Shown piece after piece: positions 8,919 to 19,706 of a DNA stretch of 64,000 bases. The stretch's first letter is position 1, and each line of letters starts with the position of its first letter. The stretch spans positions 1,504,001 to 1,568,000 of the forward strand of contig CAXXMD010000002.1 of NCBI GenBank assembly GCA_963675755.2, in the 5' to 3' direction. Origin of the DNA: a bacterium (GTDB taxonomy: Bacteria > Zhuqueibacterota > Zhuqueibacteria > Residuimicrobiales > Krinioviventaceae). The translations under genes were made by a program, and so were the position numbers. The notes beneath the pieces are model-generated. The model did no database searches. It was not told where the DNA came from and saw only the letters and a program-made list of their open reading frames with translations.

Positions 8919-10421
8919 ATGAAACAACTCCCGCGTCGTAAATTCATAAAAATTCTCGGCAGCAGTGCAATGGCTGTTCCCTTTTCATGTTCACTATCAT
9001 CAAAAATCTTGAGAGACGAGAAACCAAACGTATTGTTTATTGCGGTTGATGATCTTCGGCCAGAGCTCGGATGTTATGGGAATCACGAAATAATATCTCC
9101 ACACATTGACCGTCTGGCACGCGAGGGTTTGGTATTTGATCATGCATATTGTCAGCAACCTATTTGCATGGCATCTCGGGCCAGTTTAATGAGCGGATAT
9201 CGACCTGATTTTAATAATATCTATAATTGTGGACCGTTAACAGATCTTGTACCCAATGCATTAACAATCAATAAACATTTTGAAAATAATGGCTACGATA
9301 TATGGGCATCAGGTAAAATATATCATCATGGCATTGACAGGGAGCAACAATTTGGTGACAGATATATCAAGCCCAATGGAGACTGGCAGGGACGTGGATA
9401 TATTGCAAATGAATCAATTAAAATAATCAAAGAATATCAAAATCAGGGTGGTCCCGGAGATGGGCGAGGTCCTGCTTTTGAAGCACCGGATGTTCCGGAT
9501 AATGCATATCATGACGGGGTTATGACAGAGTTGGCAATTGATCAATTACAAAATTTCAAAAACGCTGAAAAACCATTTTTTATGGCACTGGGATTCAAAA
9601 AACCGCATTTACCATTTAATGCTCCCAAAAAATATTGGGACATGTATTCCGAACAGGATATTAAACTTGCAGAGAATCCGTTCTTACCCAAAAACGCTAC
9701 AAAATACACTCCCTATAATTTTGGAGAGTTGAGAAATTATTATGGAATCCCCAAAAATAATGAACCCTTTTCCGACGATCTAGATAGAAAATTAAAACAT
9801 GGGTATTATGCTTGTGTAACCTATATTGACACTCAAATTGGTAAGGTTCTTACAGAGTTGGAAAAACTGAAATTACGGGAAAACACCATAATCATTCTTT
9901 GGGGTGATCATGGATGGAAATTAGGCGAACATGGCATGTGGTGCAAGCATACACCTTTTGAACTGGATTGCAGGGTACCGATGATAATCAGTGTGCCGGA
10001 TAGTTCCTCTGCGGGCAAACGAATAACCTCCTTTGCGGAATATGTTGACATCTATCCTACCTTGTGCGAATTGTGCGGTTTGGAACTGCCTGAGCATTTA
10101 CAGGGTGACAGTCTGGTTCCGGTGATCAAGAATCCGGATAAACCGGGTAAAACAGCAGCATATACGCAATGGCCCAAAAGCCACCGCACTGATCCTGAAA
10201 AGGTCATTACAGGGTACTCGGTTAAAACCAAATCCTATCGTTATACAGAATGGACCCGGAACAGTTCCGGTGAGGTTTTAGCCAAAGAATTGTATAATCA
10301 CGAAAACGATCCGAACGAGAATATAAATATTGCAGACTATACGGAAAATCAGGCGGTAGTTGATCGCATGAGCAAGCTTTTAGATGGCGGTAAAGGTTGG
10401 AAAAATAACAGACTAAAATGA
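8919..10421 (+). CDS. Tat-exported Cys-type sulfatase (iduronate-2-sulfatase/S1_7-like)
   Basis: RRKFIK twin-arginine signal, KPNVLFIAVDDLRP, CMASRAS (CxAxR) motif, GKIYH, WGDHG; start at second ATG. Confidence 0.93.
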   Translation: MKQLPRRKFIKILGSSAMAVPFSCSLSSKILRDEKPNVLFIAVDDLRPELGCYGNHEIISPHIDRLAREGLVFDHAYCQQPICMASRASLMSGYRPDFNNIYNCGPLTDLVPNALTINKHFENNGYDIWASGKIYHHGIDREQQFGDRYIKPNGDWQGRGYIANESIKIIKEYQNQGGPGDGRGPAFEAPDVPDNAYHDGVMTELAIDQLQNFKNAEKPFFMALGFKKPHLPFNAPKKYWDMYSEQDIKLAENPFLPKNATKYTPYNFGELRNYYGIPKNNEPFSDDLDRKLKHGYYACVTYIDTQIGKVLTELEKLKLRENTIIILWGDHGWKLGEHGMWCKHTPFELDCRVPMIISVPDSSSAGKRITSFAEYVDIYPTLCELCGLELPEHLQGDSLVPVIKNPDKPGKTAAYTQWPKSHRTDPEKVITGYSVKTKSYRYTEWTRNSSGEVLAKELYNHENDPNENINIADYTENQAVVDRMSKLLDGGKGWKNNRLK

Positions 10422-10437
10422 TTTAATGAAAGATTTT

Positions 10438-11100
10438 TTATAAAAAAGGTTGATCAAATCTCTTATCAAAGACTCCATTTTTCTTGAGTTGATTATCCCA
10501 GTAAAAATTTGCAAAACCTGTTTTGTGTAACAGCTTGAATACCTGAATACGTCTTGCCGGCATTTTCTCCCAGGGTGTGAGTTGCTTTACTAGTTCCTGA
10601 TCAAACGTATCATCTTTTGAAAAATTCTCTCCCAGTTTGTAAAAAGTATTATATAATTTTTTGGTCATGGATGGTGGCATAATTTTGATACCTTCTACTC
10701 CCCCTTTTACAATTGTTCCCAAATATTCACATCCCAATCTTTTGGCAAGTTTCTCAAGGTATCTTTCAACATATCTTGAATGGTTGGGTTCCGGAAATCC
10801 GGATTGTACAATAAATCCAAGCCGGGGATTATTGCCCTTTCCGCACAAGGGCTCAAGTGCCTCGATAAAATATTTCACAATACCAGGCATTGCATCAGTA
10901 TATAATGGAAATGCAATAATAACGTTCTCGGCCTTTTCAAAAAGCTCAACATGTTGCTGAACATTTTTAGTATGTATAAAATAGGCTATACTAAAATCAT
11001 TTTCATTATTTTGGTTGAATCCCTTAATAAAATGATCCAATAAAATAGCAGTATTGCTGTTTTTGCCTCTGGGAGATCCGTTAAATATTGTCAATTGCAT
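10438..11100 (-). CDS. flavodoxin-fold NAD(P)H-dependent oxidoreductase
   Basis: IFNGSPRGKNSNT, AFPLYTDAMPG, QSGFPE motifs. Confidence 0.85.
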   Translation of the reverse strand: MQLTIFNGSPRGKNSNTAILLDHFIKGFNQNNENDFSIAYFIHTKNVQQHVELFEKAENVIIAFPLYTDAMPGIVKYFIEALEPLCGKGNNPRLGFIVQSGFPEPNHSRYVERYLEKLAKRLGCEYLGTIVKGGVEGIKIMPPSMTKKLYNTFYKLGENFSKDDTFDQELVKQLTPWEKMPARRIQVFKLLHKTGFANFYWDNQLKKNGVFDKRFDQPFL

Positions 11101-11635
11101 GTATCATCTCCCCTATCTCTTGTTCTGTTGTTTTTGTAAATAAAAGTTCTGATTTAAAATTTAAAGCAAGTCGTTCATAAATATCATTAATAATCTCAAC
11201 ATCGTCATCGTCAGAACTTGCATCTTTATCAAGTAACAAACCTAAAGGTGGATAAGATTCGTAACGTTTTTGATGATGACTTTCATTCTGAACCAATTCG
11301 ATATAGGGATGAAGTAATGGGATTAGTTTATCCTGAAGTTGCTTTAATATAGCACTCGTAAATCCCATAATGATGGGAGAAGCAAACAATAGCAAATCTG
11401 AATGAATGATATCATGACAAATATCATGTGAATCATCTGAGACAAAACATTTTCCGGGCGTTTTAACCCAACAGCTCCAACACCCAATACAATATTTTAT
11501 ACGTTTCTCTTCAAGCTTTATATGTTTAAGCGTGTGATCACTATTATTCAATAAATCAGCCAATTCATGAAGATATTGATCTAATTTATTGTTGTGATCT
11601 GTATTCCCATCAATTAATAGAATATTCATTTTCAT
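11081..11635 (-). CDS. flavodoxin family / iron-sulfur flavoprotein-like protein
   Basis: CIGCWSCWVKTPGKC cysteine motif, ASPIIMG; start at MKMNILL; overlaps downstream flavodoxin gene. Confidence 0.85.
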   Translation of the reverse strand: MKMNILLIDGNTDHNNKLDQYLHELADLLNNSDHTLKHIKLEEKRIKYCIGCWSCWVKTPGKCFVSDDSHDICHDIIHSDLLLFASPIIMGFTSAILKQLQDKLIPLLHPYIELVQNESHHQKRYESYPPLGLLLDKDASSDDDDVEIINDIYERLALNFKSELLFTKTTEQEIGEMIHAIDNI

Positions 11636-11907
11636 ACTCGTTAGGTGATAAGTATAGTTGACAACTATTGGATTCTGCAACATCAAAGACAAGAACTGAT
11701 TGATTTTACGATTCAATATATTTTTTGTTACATTTAATTGAATTTTTTAAAAACCACTCCAATTTCACAGCCAAAACTTTGATAAAATAATTACTTAAAT
11801 ATAAATGCAGATCTAATTTCAAATAATATATTTTCATGTTGTTTATTACTAATAAATATCATTAATTAATGTGTTGTCGAGAATGTATTCATCAAGAGGT
11901 TCTCTTT

Positions 11908-13878
11908 ATGAAAAGGTCTGGTTTATTTTTCCTCATTCTATTTACCCTCACAAATCTGGTATATCCTCAAAACTTGAATATCAGCACCACTCCCAAGAGC
12001 AAGCCCATTAGCCCCAATCTGTTTGGTATTTTTTTTGAAGATCTCAATTACGCGGCAGATGGAGGATTATACGCAGAGCTGGTACAAAACCGATCATTCG
12101 AGTATTCCCCCAGTGATATAGACAACTGGCACGATGAAACAAACTGGCACCCGTTTACAGCATGGCAGTTTATGACAAAAGGATTTGGCTATGGCACTAT
12201 ATCCATAGAAACTAAAAATCCGGTACACCCAAACAATCCCCATTATATACAGATACACGTAGAGGAAACCGGGGCAAATGGTGTAGGCATTATGAACTCA
12301 GGATATAACGGCATGGTTATAAAATCGGGTGAGCAATACCGATTTTCGGTTTTCATAAACCAGATATCAGATAAATCCATCCCCCTTGTTGTTAAACTGG
12401 AAGATAAATCGGGAGAAACACTGGCAGAATCTAAATTTTCCACTGACAGTATAGATTGGAAAAAATACGAGGTTTTGCTAACAGCAACCACCCGTTGTGA
12501 TTCTGCAAACCTGGTTTTACTGGCCCAAGCACCTGGTAAACTTGCAATAGATATGGTCTCGCTATTTCCAATTAACACGTTTAAAAATCGAGAAAATGGG
12601 CTTCGCAAAGATATAGCAGAAACTATTGCTGCATTGCAGCCTAAATTCATGCGCTTTCCGGGAGGCTGTCTGGTACACGGTGATGGTCTTGAAAATATGT
12701 ACAAATGGAAAAACACAATAGGGCCTGTTGAACAACGCAAAGAACAGCGTAATATTTGGCAATATCGTCAATCGGGCGGACTGGGTTATTTTGAGTATTT
12801 TCAATTCTGTGAAGACATTGGTGCAATCCCTATTCCTGTAGTGCCGGCTGCGGTGAGCTGCCAGAATTCAGGTGGTACCTGGCGAACAGGCGGCAACGGA
12901 CAAAAATGCCTGCCTATGCCAGACATGGAAGCATATATTCAGGATGTATTGGATCTGATTGAATATGCAAACGGCCCCGCAACCTCTGAATGGGGCAGCA
13001 AACGTGCAAACGCAGGACATCCTGCACCCTTTGATCTAAAATATCTGGGAATTGGCAATGAGGACAAGATTACACCGGGATTCAAAGAACGCTTTGAAAT
13101 GATATACCAGACAGTAACCAAAATGCACCCCGAAATAACTGTGATTGGAACAGTGGGCCCCTTTTCATCGGGCGAAGATTATGAAAAAGGTTGGGAATTT
13201 GCCAAAAAGATGAAATTAGAAATGGTAGATGAGCACTATTATAATCGTCCCGAATGGTTTCTAAACAATCAGAATTATTATGATAAATACGACAGGACGA
13301 TCAAAGTATATCTTGGCGAGTATGCATCAAAAGGCAATACGCTGTTTAACGCACTAGCAGAAGCGGTATATATGACAGCTTTGGAGCGTAATGCTGATCT
13401 GGTTAAATTTGCTTCATATGCCCCTCTTTTAGCCAAAGAAGGAAATACACAATGGAACCCGGATTTAATCTATTTTAATAATACAACAGTGTGCCCGACT
13501 GTAAATTATTATGTTCAGCAATTATTCTCACAAAACAGTGGTGATGTTTATTATGATGAAATCATTTCATTACCCGATTCACAGAATAATAACCACATTG
13601 CATATTCGTGTGTTGGTGTCAACAAATCAAATGAAATCATTCTCAAGCTGGTAAATGCAGACAGCCTGTCTCATACATTCCTACTGGATCTATCAAAATT
13701 CAATAATTTATCTACAAATGCCTCTCAAACCATATTATCTGGCAATGCCGATGATAAAAACACATTCGAATCTCCAAACACAGTTGAACCTCAAGTTTCC
13801 CAAATTACCTTCAATAGTAAAAAAAGTATCGTAACACTGCCATATTCTCTTTACATAATCAAAATTAAAAGTTTATGA
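11908..13878 (+). CDS. alpha-L-arabinofuranosidase, GH51, secreted
   Basis: GIFFEDLNYAADGGLYAELVQNRSFE, MRFPGGC, LGIGNE, VDEHYY, YLGEYA; signal peptide from MKRS. Confidence 0.95.
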   Translation: MKRSGLFFLILFTLTNLVYPQNLNISTTPKSKPISPNLFGIFFEDLNYAADGGLYAELVQNRSFEYSPSDIDNWHDETNWHPFTAWQFMTKGFGYGTISIETKNPVHPNNPHYIQIHVEETGANGVGIMNSGYNGMVIKSGEQYRFSVFINQISDKSIPLVVKLEDKSGETLAESKFSTDSIDWKKYEVLLTATTRCDSANLVLLAQAPGKLAIDMVSLFPINTFKNRENGLRKDIAETIAALQPKFMRFPGGCLVHGDGLENMYKWKNTIGPVEQRKEQRNIWQYRQSGGLGYFEYFQFCEDIGAIPIPVVPAAVSCQNSGGTWRTGGNGQKCLPMPDMEAYIQDVLDLIEYANGPATSEWGSKRANAGHPAPFDLKYLGIGNEDKITPGFKERFEMIYQTVTKMHPEITVIGTVGPFSSGEDYEKGWEFAKKMKLEMVDEHYYNRPEWFLNNQNYYDKYDRTIKVYLGEYASKGNTLFNALAEAVYMTALERNADLVKFASYAPLLAKEGNTQWNPDLIYFNNTTVCPTVNYYVQQLFSQNSGDVYYDEIISLPDSQNNNHIAYSCVGVNKSNEIILKLVNADSLSHTFLLDLSKFNNLSTNASQTILSGNADDKNTFESPNTVEPQVSQITFNSKKSIVTLPYSLYIIKIKSL

Positions 13879-14241
13879 CCGGCAATAAACAAAAATTTCA
13901 GTAAAAAGAAAAGATATTAAGCAAAAATTCATTCGCGAACATTGATATTTTTTTAAAAACATCAAGATTTTAGTTATGCATTTTCCCTATAATGTTCTTA
14001 AAAATATATATTTATAGGAATTTGGAATAATTATTGTTGTTTAGAAAATGATGGTAATGACATGTGCTGTAAAAAATAAACATAACTTGATTTAAAACAC
14101 GGATTCACATTTTTCACCAAAAAACTGGAGAGAAACACAAAAGTACAAGTTATTGTTAAAAAATCAACACCCGGATGGTAGCCTAAAAGTACCTGAATGC
14201 ACATACTTGAAATTTACTAGAGTGTTTATAAAGGGCAGTTT

Positions 14242-16923
14242 ATGATTTTTAAATCGTTAAAATCCAGAATGATCATTTCCATGACCGGTATTGTTGTCAT
14301 TTCATTGACAATCACAACCTTTTTCCTTATCCAAAAAACAAAACATGAATTGTCATTGGAAATTGAAGAAAACGCTAAAAGCTTGATGAAAGCGAACTTG
14401 AATCAGGTTGAATCCCAATACAATAGTATTTTGTACCATAAAAATGCAATGCTCGAACGAAGGGAAAATGAATTAAAAAACAATACTACCATTGCATACA
14501 CTATTCTTACCAGCGCGTATAGAGAATACATAGAAGGCATACGTACAGAACAAAATGCAAAAGAACAAGCAATAAAATGTTTACGGGAACTGACCTATGA
14601 TGATGGGGTTGGTTATTTTTGGATAAATGATATTCAACTACCATACCCCCAAATGATCATGCATCCAACAATGCCGGAACTGGATGGATTAATTCTAGAT
14701 GATCCTATATTCAACTGTGCCTTGGGTAAAAATGAAAATTTATTCAAAGCTGCGGTTGAAATTTGTAAAAAGAATAATGACGGCTATGTCGATTATCTTT
14801 GGCCCAAACCCTTACCCGACAGTCTCTCTGAATTGCAGCCTAAAATTTCATATGTCAAGTTGTTTGAACCCTGGGGATGGATTATCGGAACAGGAGTCTA
14901 TATTAATGATATTGAAGAGGACGTTCAAAATCGTTTAACTGCAGTTATTGCAGATTTAAACAGGACTATGCTAAAACAAAAAATTGGCAAAAACGGCTAC
15001 TTTTTTATTCAAAATGAAAAAGATATAATGATTGTCCACCCTTCGTTAGCAGGAAAAGATGTATCACAACTAATTGATCCGCTAACGGGAGATTTCTTGG
15101 CAGAAAGAATAAAAAAAACGATATTAACCAGTCAAAATTTCATAGAATATTATTGGGATAAACCAGGGCATGAAGGAAAATATAATTATCTTAAACGAGT
15201 TTATGTAGCATATTTCGAACCACTTGGTTGGTATATTTGTACCAGTGTCTATAAAGAAGAAATTCAAGAAAGAATAACTTTGCTAGTTCAATCTATTATT
15301 CTTTTTTCATTATTTTTCTCTATAATTGCAATAATATTATCTCTATTTATTACAAATAGTATTAATATTCCACTTAAAAAGTTTATTAATACTATAAGCG
15401 AAACAGATAATGATGGTATACCCGTAAAAGAAATTCCTGAACCGGACATTCTTGAACTGGAAGTATTGGCAAATTCAATTAAAAGTATGCTCAGTTCTGT
15501 CAGTAAATCAAGAAAAGCGTTACGCCTTAGTGAGTCAAAGTTCAGGGCTCTGGTTGAATCAACCAGTGACTGGATTTGGGAAGTAGACAGGAATGGGGTA
15601 TTCACTTATGCCAGCCCACAAATTTATAATATTTCCGGCTACAAACCGGAAGAAGTTGTATCTCTGAAACCCAAAGACTTTATGGAACCAGAAGAAGGAA
15701 AAAGAATTCAAGATCTGCTTGAAGTCATTATGGCAAATAAATATAATATAATTATGGAAGAAAATGTTAGCAGACATAAAAATGGGGATTTGATTATTTA
15801 TGAAACAAGTGGTGTACCCATTTTAGATGAAAAAGGTGACGTAATAGGTTACAGAGCAGTATCGCGTGACATAACAGCAAGGAAAATATCTGAACAAGCA
15901 TTAAAACAGGAACAGGAAATTACAGAAGCTGCAATCAACTCTCAAAAAGATACATTTTTTCTGTATGAACCGGAAACTGGCAAAGCTATACGATGGAACC
16001 GCATATTTTCAGAGATTACCGGTTACACCAATGAAGAAATTGCCGAAATGAGAGTACCGGATTCATATTACAGCAAAAGTGACCTTGAAAAACTTCCATC
16101 ATTAGAGCAACATATATTGAACAGTGGTACCGGAATAATTGAACTTGAACTAATTTGTAAGAATGGAAGAAAAATCCCCACAGAATATAATGTTTCAGTA
16201 ATCAGGGATGAAAACAATCAACCCAAGTATTTTGTATCCCTGGGTAGAGATGTAACTGAACGAAAAATGATCGAAGACAAGATCAAAAGAGACCTGAAAG
16301 AAAAAGAGGTTATGCTTAGAGAAATCCATCATCGGGTTAAAAATAATCTTGCGGTCATAACCGGATTACTCTATCTACAATCCAAAAGAATAAAAAGTAA
16401 AAAAGAAGCTTTTTCAGCTTTTGAACAAAGTCGTAATCGTATATTTTCCATGGCTCTGGTGCACGAGCAATTGTACCAATCCGGTAACTTTACCCAAATT
16501 GATATGAAACCCTACGTTGAAAAGATTACAACAGAACTCAAGCAGATCATATCATACGGAAATCAAATTCAGTTAAATATTAACATTAAAGATGTGTATT
16601 TGAATATTAATCAAGCAGTGCCTTGCGGCTTGATCCTGAATGAATTAATCACAAATGCTTATAAACATGCTTTTCCCAAAAAGAAAAAAGGGGAAATACT
16701 CATAACATTTAAACCCATAGATAAAAATCAATACGAGTTAACGGTAGAAGACAATGGGATTGGATTGAGTGAGGATATCGATACAAATTCAAGCGCAACA
16801 CTGGGAATCCATCTGGTATCCATGTTGACCAAACAAATTGATGGAAGCATTGATATTGAAAGAGATCACGGAACCCGGTTCCTGATCAGATTTAATGCAG
16901 TACAGGAACCCATTCAACTATAA
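14242..16923 (+). CDS. membrane sensor histidine kinase: tandem Cache domains + PAS + HisKA_2
   Basis: Two TM helices, Cache motifs (GYFWIND..MIMHP, YLWPKP..KISYVKLFEPWGWIIGTG, repeated), two PAS domains, EIHHRVKNNL, LILNELITNAYKHAF. Confidence 0.93.
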   Translation: MIFKSLKSRMIISMTGIVVISLTITTFFLIQKTKHELSLEIEENAKSLMKANLNQVESQYNSILYHKNAMLERRENELKNNTTIAYTILTSAYREYIEGIRTEQNAKEQAIKCLRELTYDDGVGYFWINDIQLPYPQMIMHPTMPELDGLILDDPIFNCALGKNENLFKAAVEICKKNNDGYVDYLWPKPLPDSLSELQPKISYVKLFEPWGWIIGTGVYINDIEEDVQNRLTAVIADLNRTMLKQKIGKNGYFFIQNEKDIMIVHPSLAGKDVSQLIDPLTGDFLAERIKKTILTSQNFIEYYWDKPGHEGKYNYLKRVYVAYFEPLGWYICTSVYKEEIQERITLLVQSIILFSLFFSIIAIILSLFITNSINIPLKKFINTISETDNDGIPVKEIPEPDILELEVLANSIKSMLSSVSKSRKALRLSESKFRALVESTSDWIWEVDRNGVFTYASPQIYNISGYKPEEVVSLKPKDFMEPEEGKRIQDLLEVIMANKYNIIMEENVSRHKNGDLIIYETSGVPILDEKGDVIGYRAVSRDITARKISEQALKQEQEITEAAINSQKDTFFLYEPETGKAIRWNRIFSEITGYTNEEIAEMRVPDSYYSKSDLEKLPSLEQHILNSGTGIIELELICKNGRKIPTEYNVSVIRDENNQPKYFVSLGRDVTERKMIEDKIKRDLKEKEVMLREIHHRVKNNLAVITGLLYLQSKRIKSKKEAFSAFEQSRNRIFSMALVHEQLYQSGNFTQIDMKPYVEKITTELKQIISYGNQIQLNINIKDVYLNINQAVPCGLILNELITNAYKHAFPKKKKGEILITFKPIDKNQYELTVEDNGIGLSEDIDTNSSATLGIHLVSMLTKQIDGSIDIERDHGTRFLIRFNAVQEPIQL

Positions 16924-16948
16924 TTACAGATATGCTATATCATCATAT

Positions 16949-16980
16949 AATCCAAAGGGGAAATCTCCCCTTTGGATTTT
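16949..16980. terminator. bidirectional terminator between convergent genes
   Basis: AATCCAAAGGGGA-AATC-TCCCCTTTGGATT 13-bp stem. Confidence 0.75.
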
Positions 16981-16985
16981 ATATT

Positions 16986-18572
16986 TTAATGCCCATTAAA
17001 TAGAATATACAATCCTATCATCGTAACAATCAGTAATATCCAGGAAATCCAAACTTTACGTTCGGGTTTGGGCAAAACACCATAATCCAGAATATTTTGA
17101 TCATTCGCTGCACCTTTTTTATCGAATAGCGTAGTAACAAATGTAACAACAGCCAGAATGACAAATATATAAAAAGATAATAATAAAAAATGCGGCCAAA
17201 AATCATATTTTTGTGAAGGGAAAACCCACAAATACATAACTCCTGTACCCAAACTGAATATTGTACCACCAATGAGTGCCAGGTTTGCAGCTTTGGTAGT
17301 CGTTTTTTTCCACAAAACACCAAACAAAAAGACAACTGACATGGGGGGTGCAATAAAACCTAAAATTGCCTGAAAGACATCAAACAATTTCAGTCCCTTA
17401 ATACTGTCGATTGCAAGTGTTAAAAAGATAGCGATAAAAGCACCTATAACAGTGACAATACGTCCTATACGGATAATTTTTTGTTGTGATGCCTCTTTAT
17501 TGTTTTTCAAATAGATATCCATTGTGAACACGGTACTGAGTGAATTGAGCGCGGAATCAATGGTACTCACCAAAGCAGCAATAAGTACCGCCATTACCAG
17601 ACCGGTCATCCCTGCTGGTAATAACCGGGTAACCATGGTCATATATGCTTCATCAGGATCAGCAAGATTGGGAAACAAAACAAGGCACACAATACCCGGA
17701 ATGATAAACAAAGCCACATCCAAAATCTTGAGCCATCCGGTAAAATTTGCACCCATCTGACCTTGAGTTAAATTCTTTGCGCCCAATACCGACTGGACCA
17801 TGGACTGGTCCGTGCACCAGAACCATACTCCCATAATAGGATATCCTAAAACAATTGCCAACCAGGGATAATTGGGATCATCGGCAGGCAGTAAAAGATT
17901 CCAAAAGTGCGGTGGTGTTTGTTCATAGACTGCCATTATGCCACCAGCTTTTACCAGCCCAACCACAGTCAGAATGAGTGAAACCACAATCAGTAAAGAC
18001 ATTTGAAAAACATTGGTATAAGCTACAGCTTTTAATCCGCCAGCTACCGTAAAAAAAGCAGATATGGCAACCAGAATAATAACAGATACCCACATGGGCA
18101 CAGCTAAAATTTGTCCTACCAATATTCCACCGGCAAACAGTGTCAACGAGAGCCACGATATCAATATAGTCAACAAAGTATACCAGGCAAGGATGTTACG
18201 TGTGGATTGGCCAAAGCGTTTCCCCATAAACTCGGGCAATGTCTGAACATTTGCGCCCAAATAACGGGGAGCAAAAACAACAGCAAGTAAAAAGATGAAT
18301 ACAAAAGCATACCAGCCAAAGTTACCCGCAACAACACCGGTAGTATAACCAATACTTGCAGATGCAATCAACATAGAGGGTCCCACATTGGTTCCCCACA
18401 TGGTCAAACCAATACTCTTCCACCCCAGCGAATGTCCCGCCAGAAACAGATTTTCTTCCTTGTCTTTGTGTTTTATAAAACTTACCCAATACCCAATAGC
18501 AATCAAAACTACCAGGTAAAGTCCCACGACCATAAAGTCAATGGGTTTAAGATACGAGTGTATGTTTTCCAT
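16986..18572 (-). CDS. sodium:solute symporter (SSS/SGLT-like sugar transporter)
   Basis: FLAGHSLGW, TLPEFMGKRF, GGLKAVAYT, WFWCTDQSMVQ, AALVSTIDSALNS; many TMs. Confidence 0.93.
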   Translation of the reverse strand: MENIHSYLKPIDFMVVGLYLVVLIAIGYWVSFIKHKDKEENLFLAGHSLGWKSIGLTMWGTNVGPSMLIASASIGYTTGVVAGNFGWYAFVFIFLLAVVFAPRYLGANVQTLPEFMGKRFGQSTRNILAWYTLLTILISWLSLTLFAGGILVGQILAVPMWVSVIILVAISAFFTVAGGLKAVAYTNVFQMSLLIVVSLILTVVGLVKAGGIMAVYEQTPPHFWNLLLPADDPNYPWLAIVLGYPIMGVWFWCTDQSMVQSVLGAKNLTQGQMGANFTGWLKILDVALFIIPGIVCLVLFPNLADPDEAYMTMVTRLLPAGMTGLVMAVLIAALVSTIDSALNSLSTVFTMDIYLKNNKEASQQKIIRIGRIVTVIGAFIAIFLTLAIDSIKGLKLFDVFQAILGFIAPPMSVVFLFGVLWKKTTTKAANLALIGGTIFSLGTGVMYLWVFPSQKYDFWPHFLLLSFYIFVILAVVTFVTTLFDKKGAANDQNILDYGVLPKPERKVWISWILLIVTMIGLYILFNGH

Positions 18573-18620
18573 GCCAATCTTTCCTGTTTACATTTTTCCC
18601 AACAACCTGTTCTTAATAAA

Positions 18621-19694
18621 CTAGCGATATGCGTCTGCAATTTTCAGGGCTTTATCAATATCTGCTTCCGTATGAAAATGCATCAACACCTGTACACCAT
18701 CCGCACCCACATTATCCAACAAGGGTTCGAGTTCATCCAGTTCTACCCAGCAAGGCATAATGGATTTTCCATGAGCCAGTATCTTTTTATAAAGATCATA
18801 CCAGCGGGGATCCCCTCCCTGCGGTTCTCCTACTCCCGGTGTCCATTGTATTGCATTCAACTCATCTATTTCAAGCATAGCGTCCAAATGCCGAATTGCA
18901 TCTACCCCGTCCAAATGATACAGGGTATAATCGATTTTTTGACATTGTTCACGCAAAAATGGCTGCGCAAAACGACGAAAATCCGCTTCCGATATCATGG
19001 TAGAAATATCACATTGCAGTTTGCTCACTTTGCCTGGCGCCCATAGAGAAAAATAGCAAAAGGCCATTTCTCCATCCACCTGAATGATATCATAGATGCG
19101 GTCAAACACATCAAAATAGACATCGTTAATGGCCTGCATCTGCTGTTCAAGCACATCAGGACGCATGAGCATATCAATAAGTACAGCCTGGTTACCCTTA
19201 AGGCCGGCGAGTGTATCCAGATTTTCACACAGATCCGGGCAACCAACAAAATATCTGTCACCCGACAATTTCTTACATGCTTTGAGCAGATCGAGATGTA
19301 CTTTTAACCACCCGTTGTTTTCATCGAAAATAATATCATCACCAAAAGCTTCATCATGTCGAATCCAGATCGTATCGGGTGCGCCTTCCAATTCTGCTCC
19401 AAGTATTCCGGCCAAAGATCCCGGACCCAAATGGGTATTGGCTACAGGCAGAATATCTGCTTTTAACGAACTTTTTGACAAATAATGATGCAGGTATCGC
19501 GCTCGCCATTGAGGATCAAACCAGAACTGGTCCATATCTTTGGCTACCGCTGGTTTGGGAACCTGCTCATGAGGTGCCCCCTCTTTATCCAAATGTTCCC
19601 ACATGCTGATGAGCAGCCCTTTGCCCTGCCACCATTGTAAATATCGTTCCCGGGATTCGTCCCAGTTTTCTTTCCAGGTTTTGATCATAACCAT
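18621..19694 (-). CDS. UroD/MtaA-like TIM-barrel protein, putative corrinoid-dependent methyltransferase component
   Basis: LGPGSLA, GCPDL..NLDTLAGLKG, LQCD.STMIS, YTLYHLDG, AIQWTPG motifs typical of proteins annotated 'trimethylamine corrinoid protein 2'/UroD-like. Confidence 0.75.
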   Translation of the reverse strand: MVMIKTWKENWDESRERYLQWWQGKGLLISMWEHLDKEGAPHEQVPKPAVAKDMDQFWFDPQWRARYLHHYLSKSSLKADILPVANTHLGPGSLAGILGAELEGAPDTIWIRHDEAFGDDIIFDENNGWLKVHLDLLKACKKLSGDRYFVGCPDLCENLDTLAGLKGNQAVLIDMLMRPDVLEQQMQAINDVYFDVFDRIYDIIQVDGEMAFCYFSLWAPGKVSKLQCDISTMISEADFRRFAQPFLREQCQKIDYTLYHLDGVDAIRHLDAMLEIDELNAIQWTPGVGEPQGGDPRWYDLYKKILAHGKSIMPCWVELDELEPLLDNVGADGVQVLMHFHTEADIDKALKIADAYR

Positions 19695-19706
19695 CCGATC
19701 ATAGTA

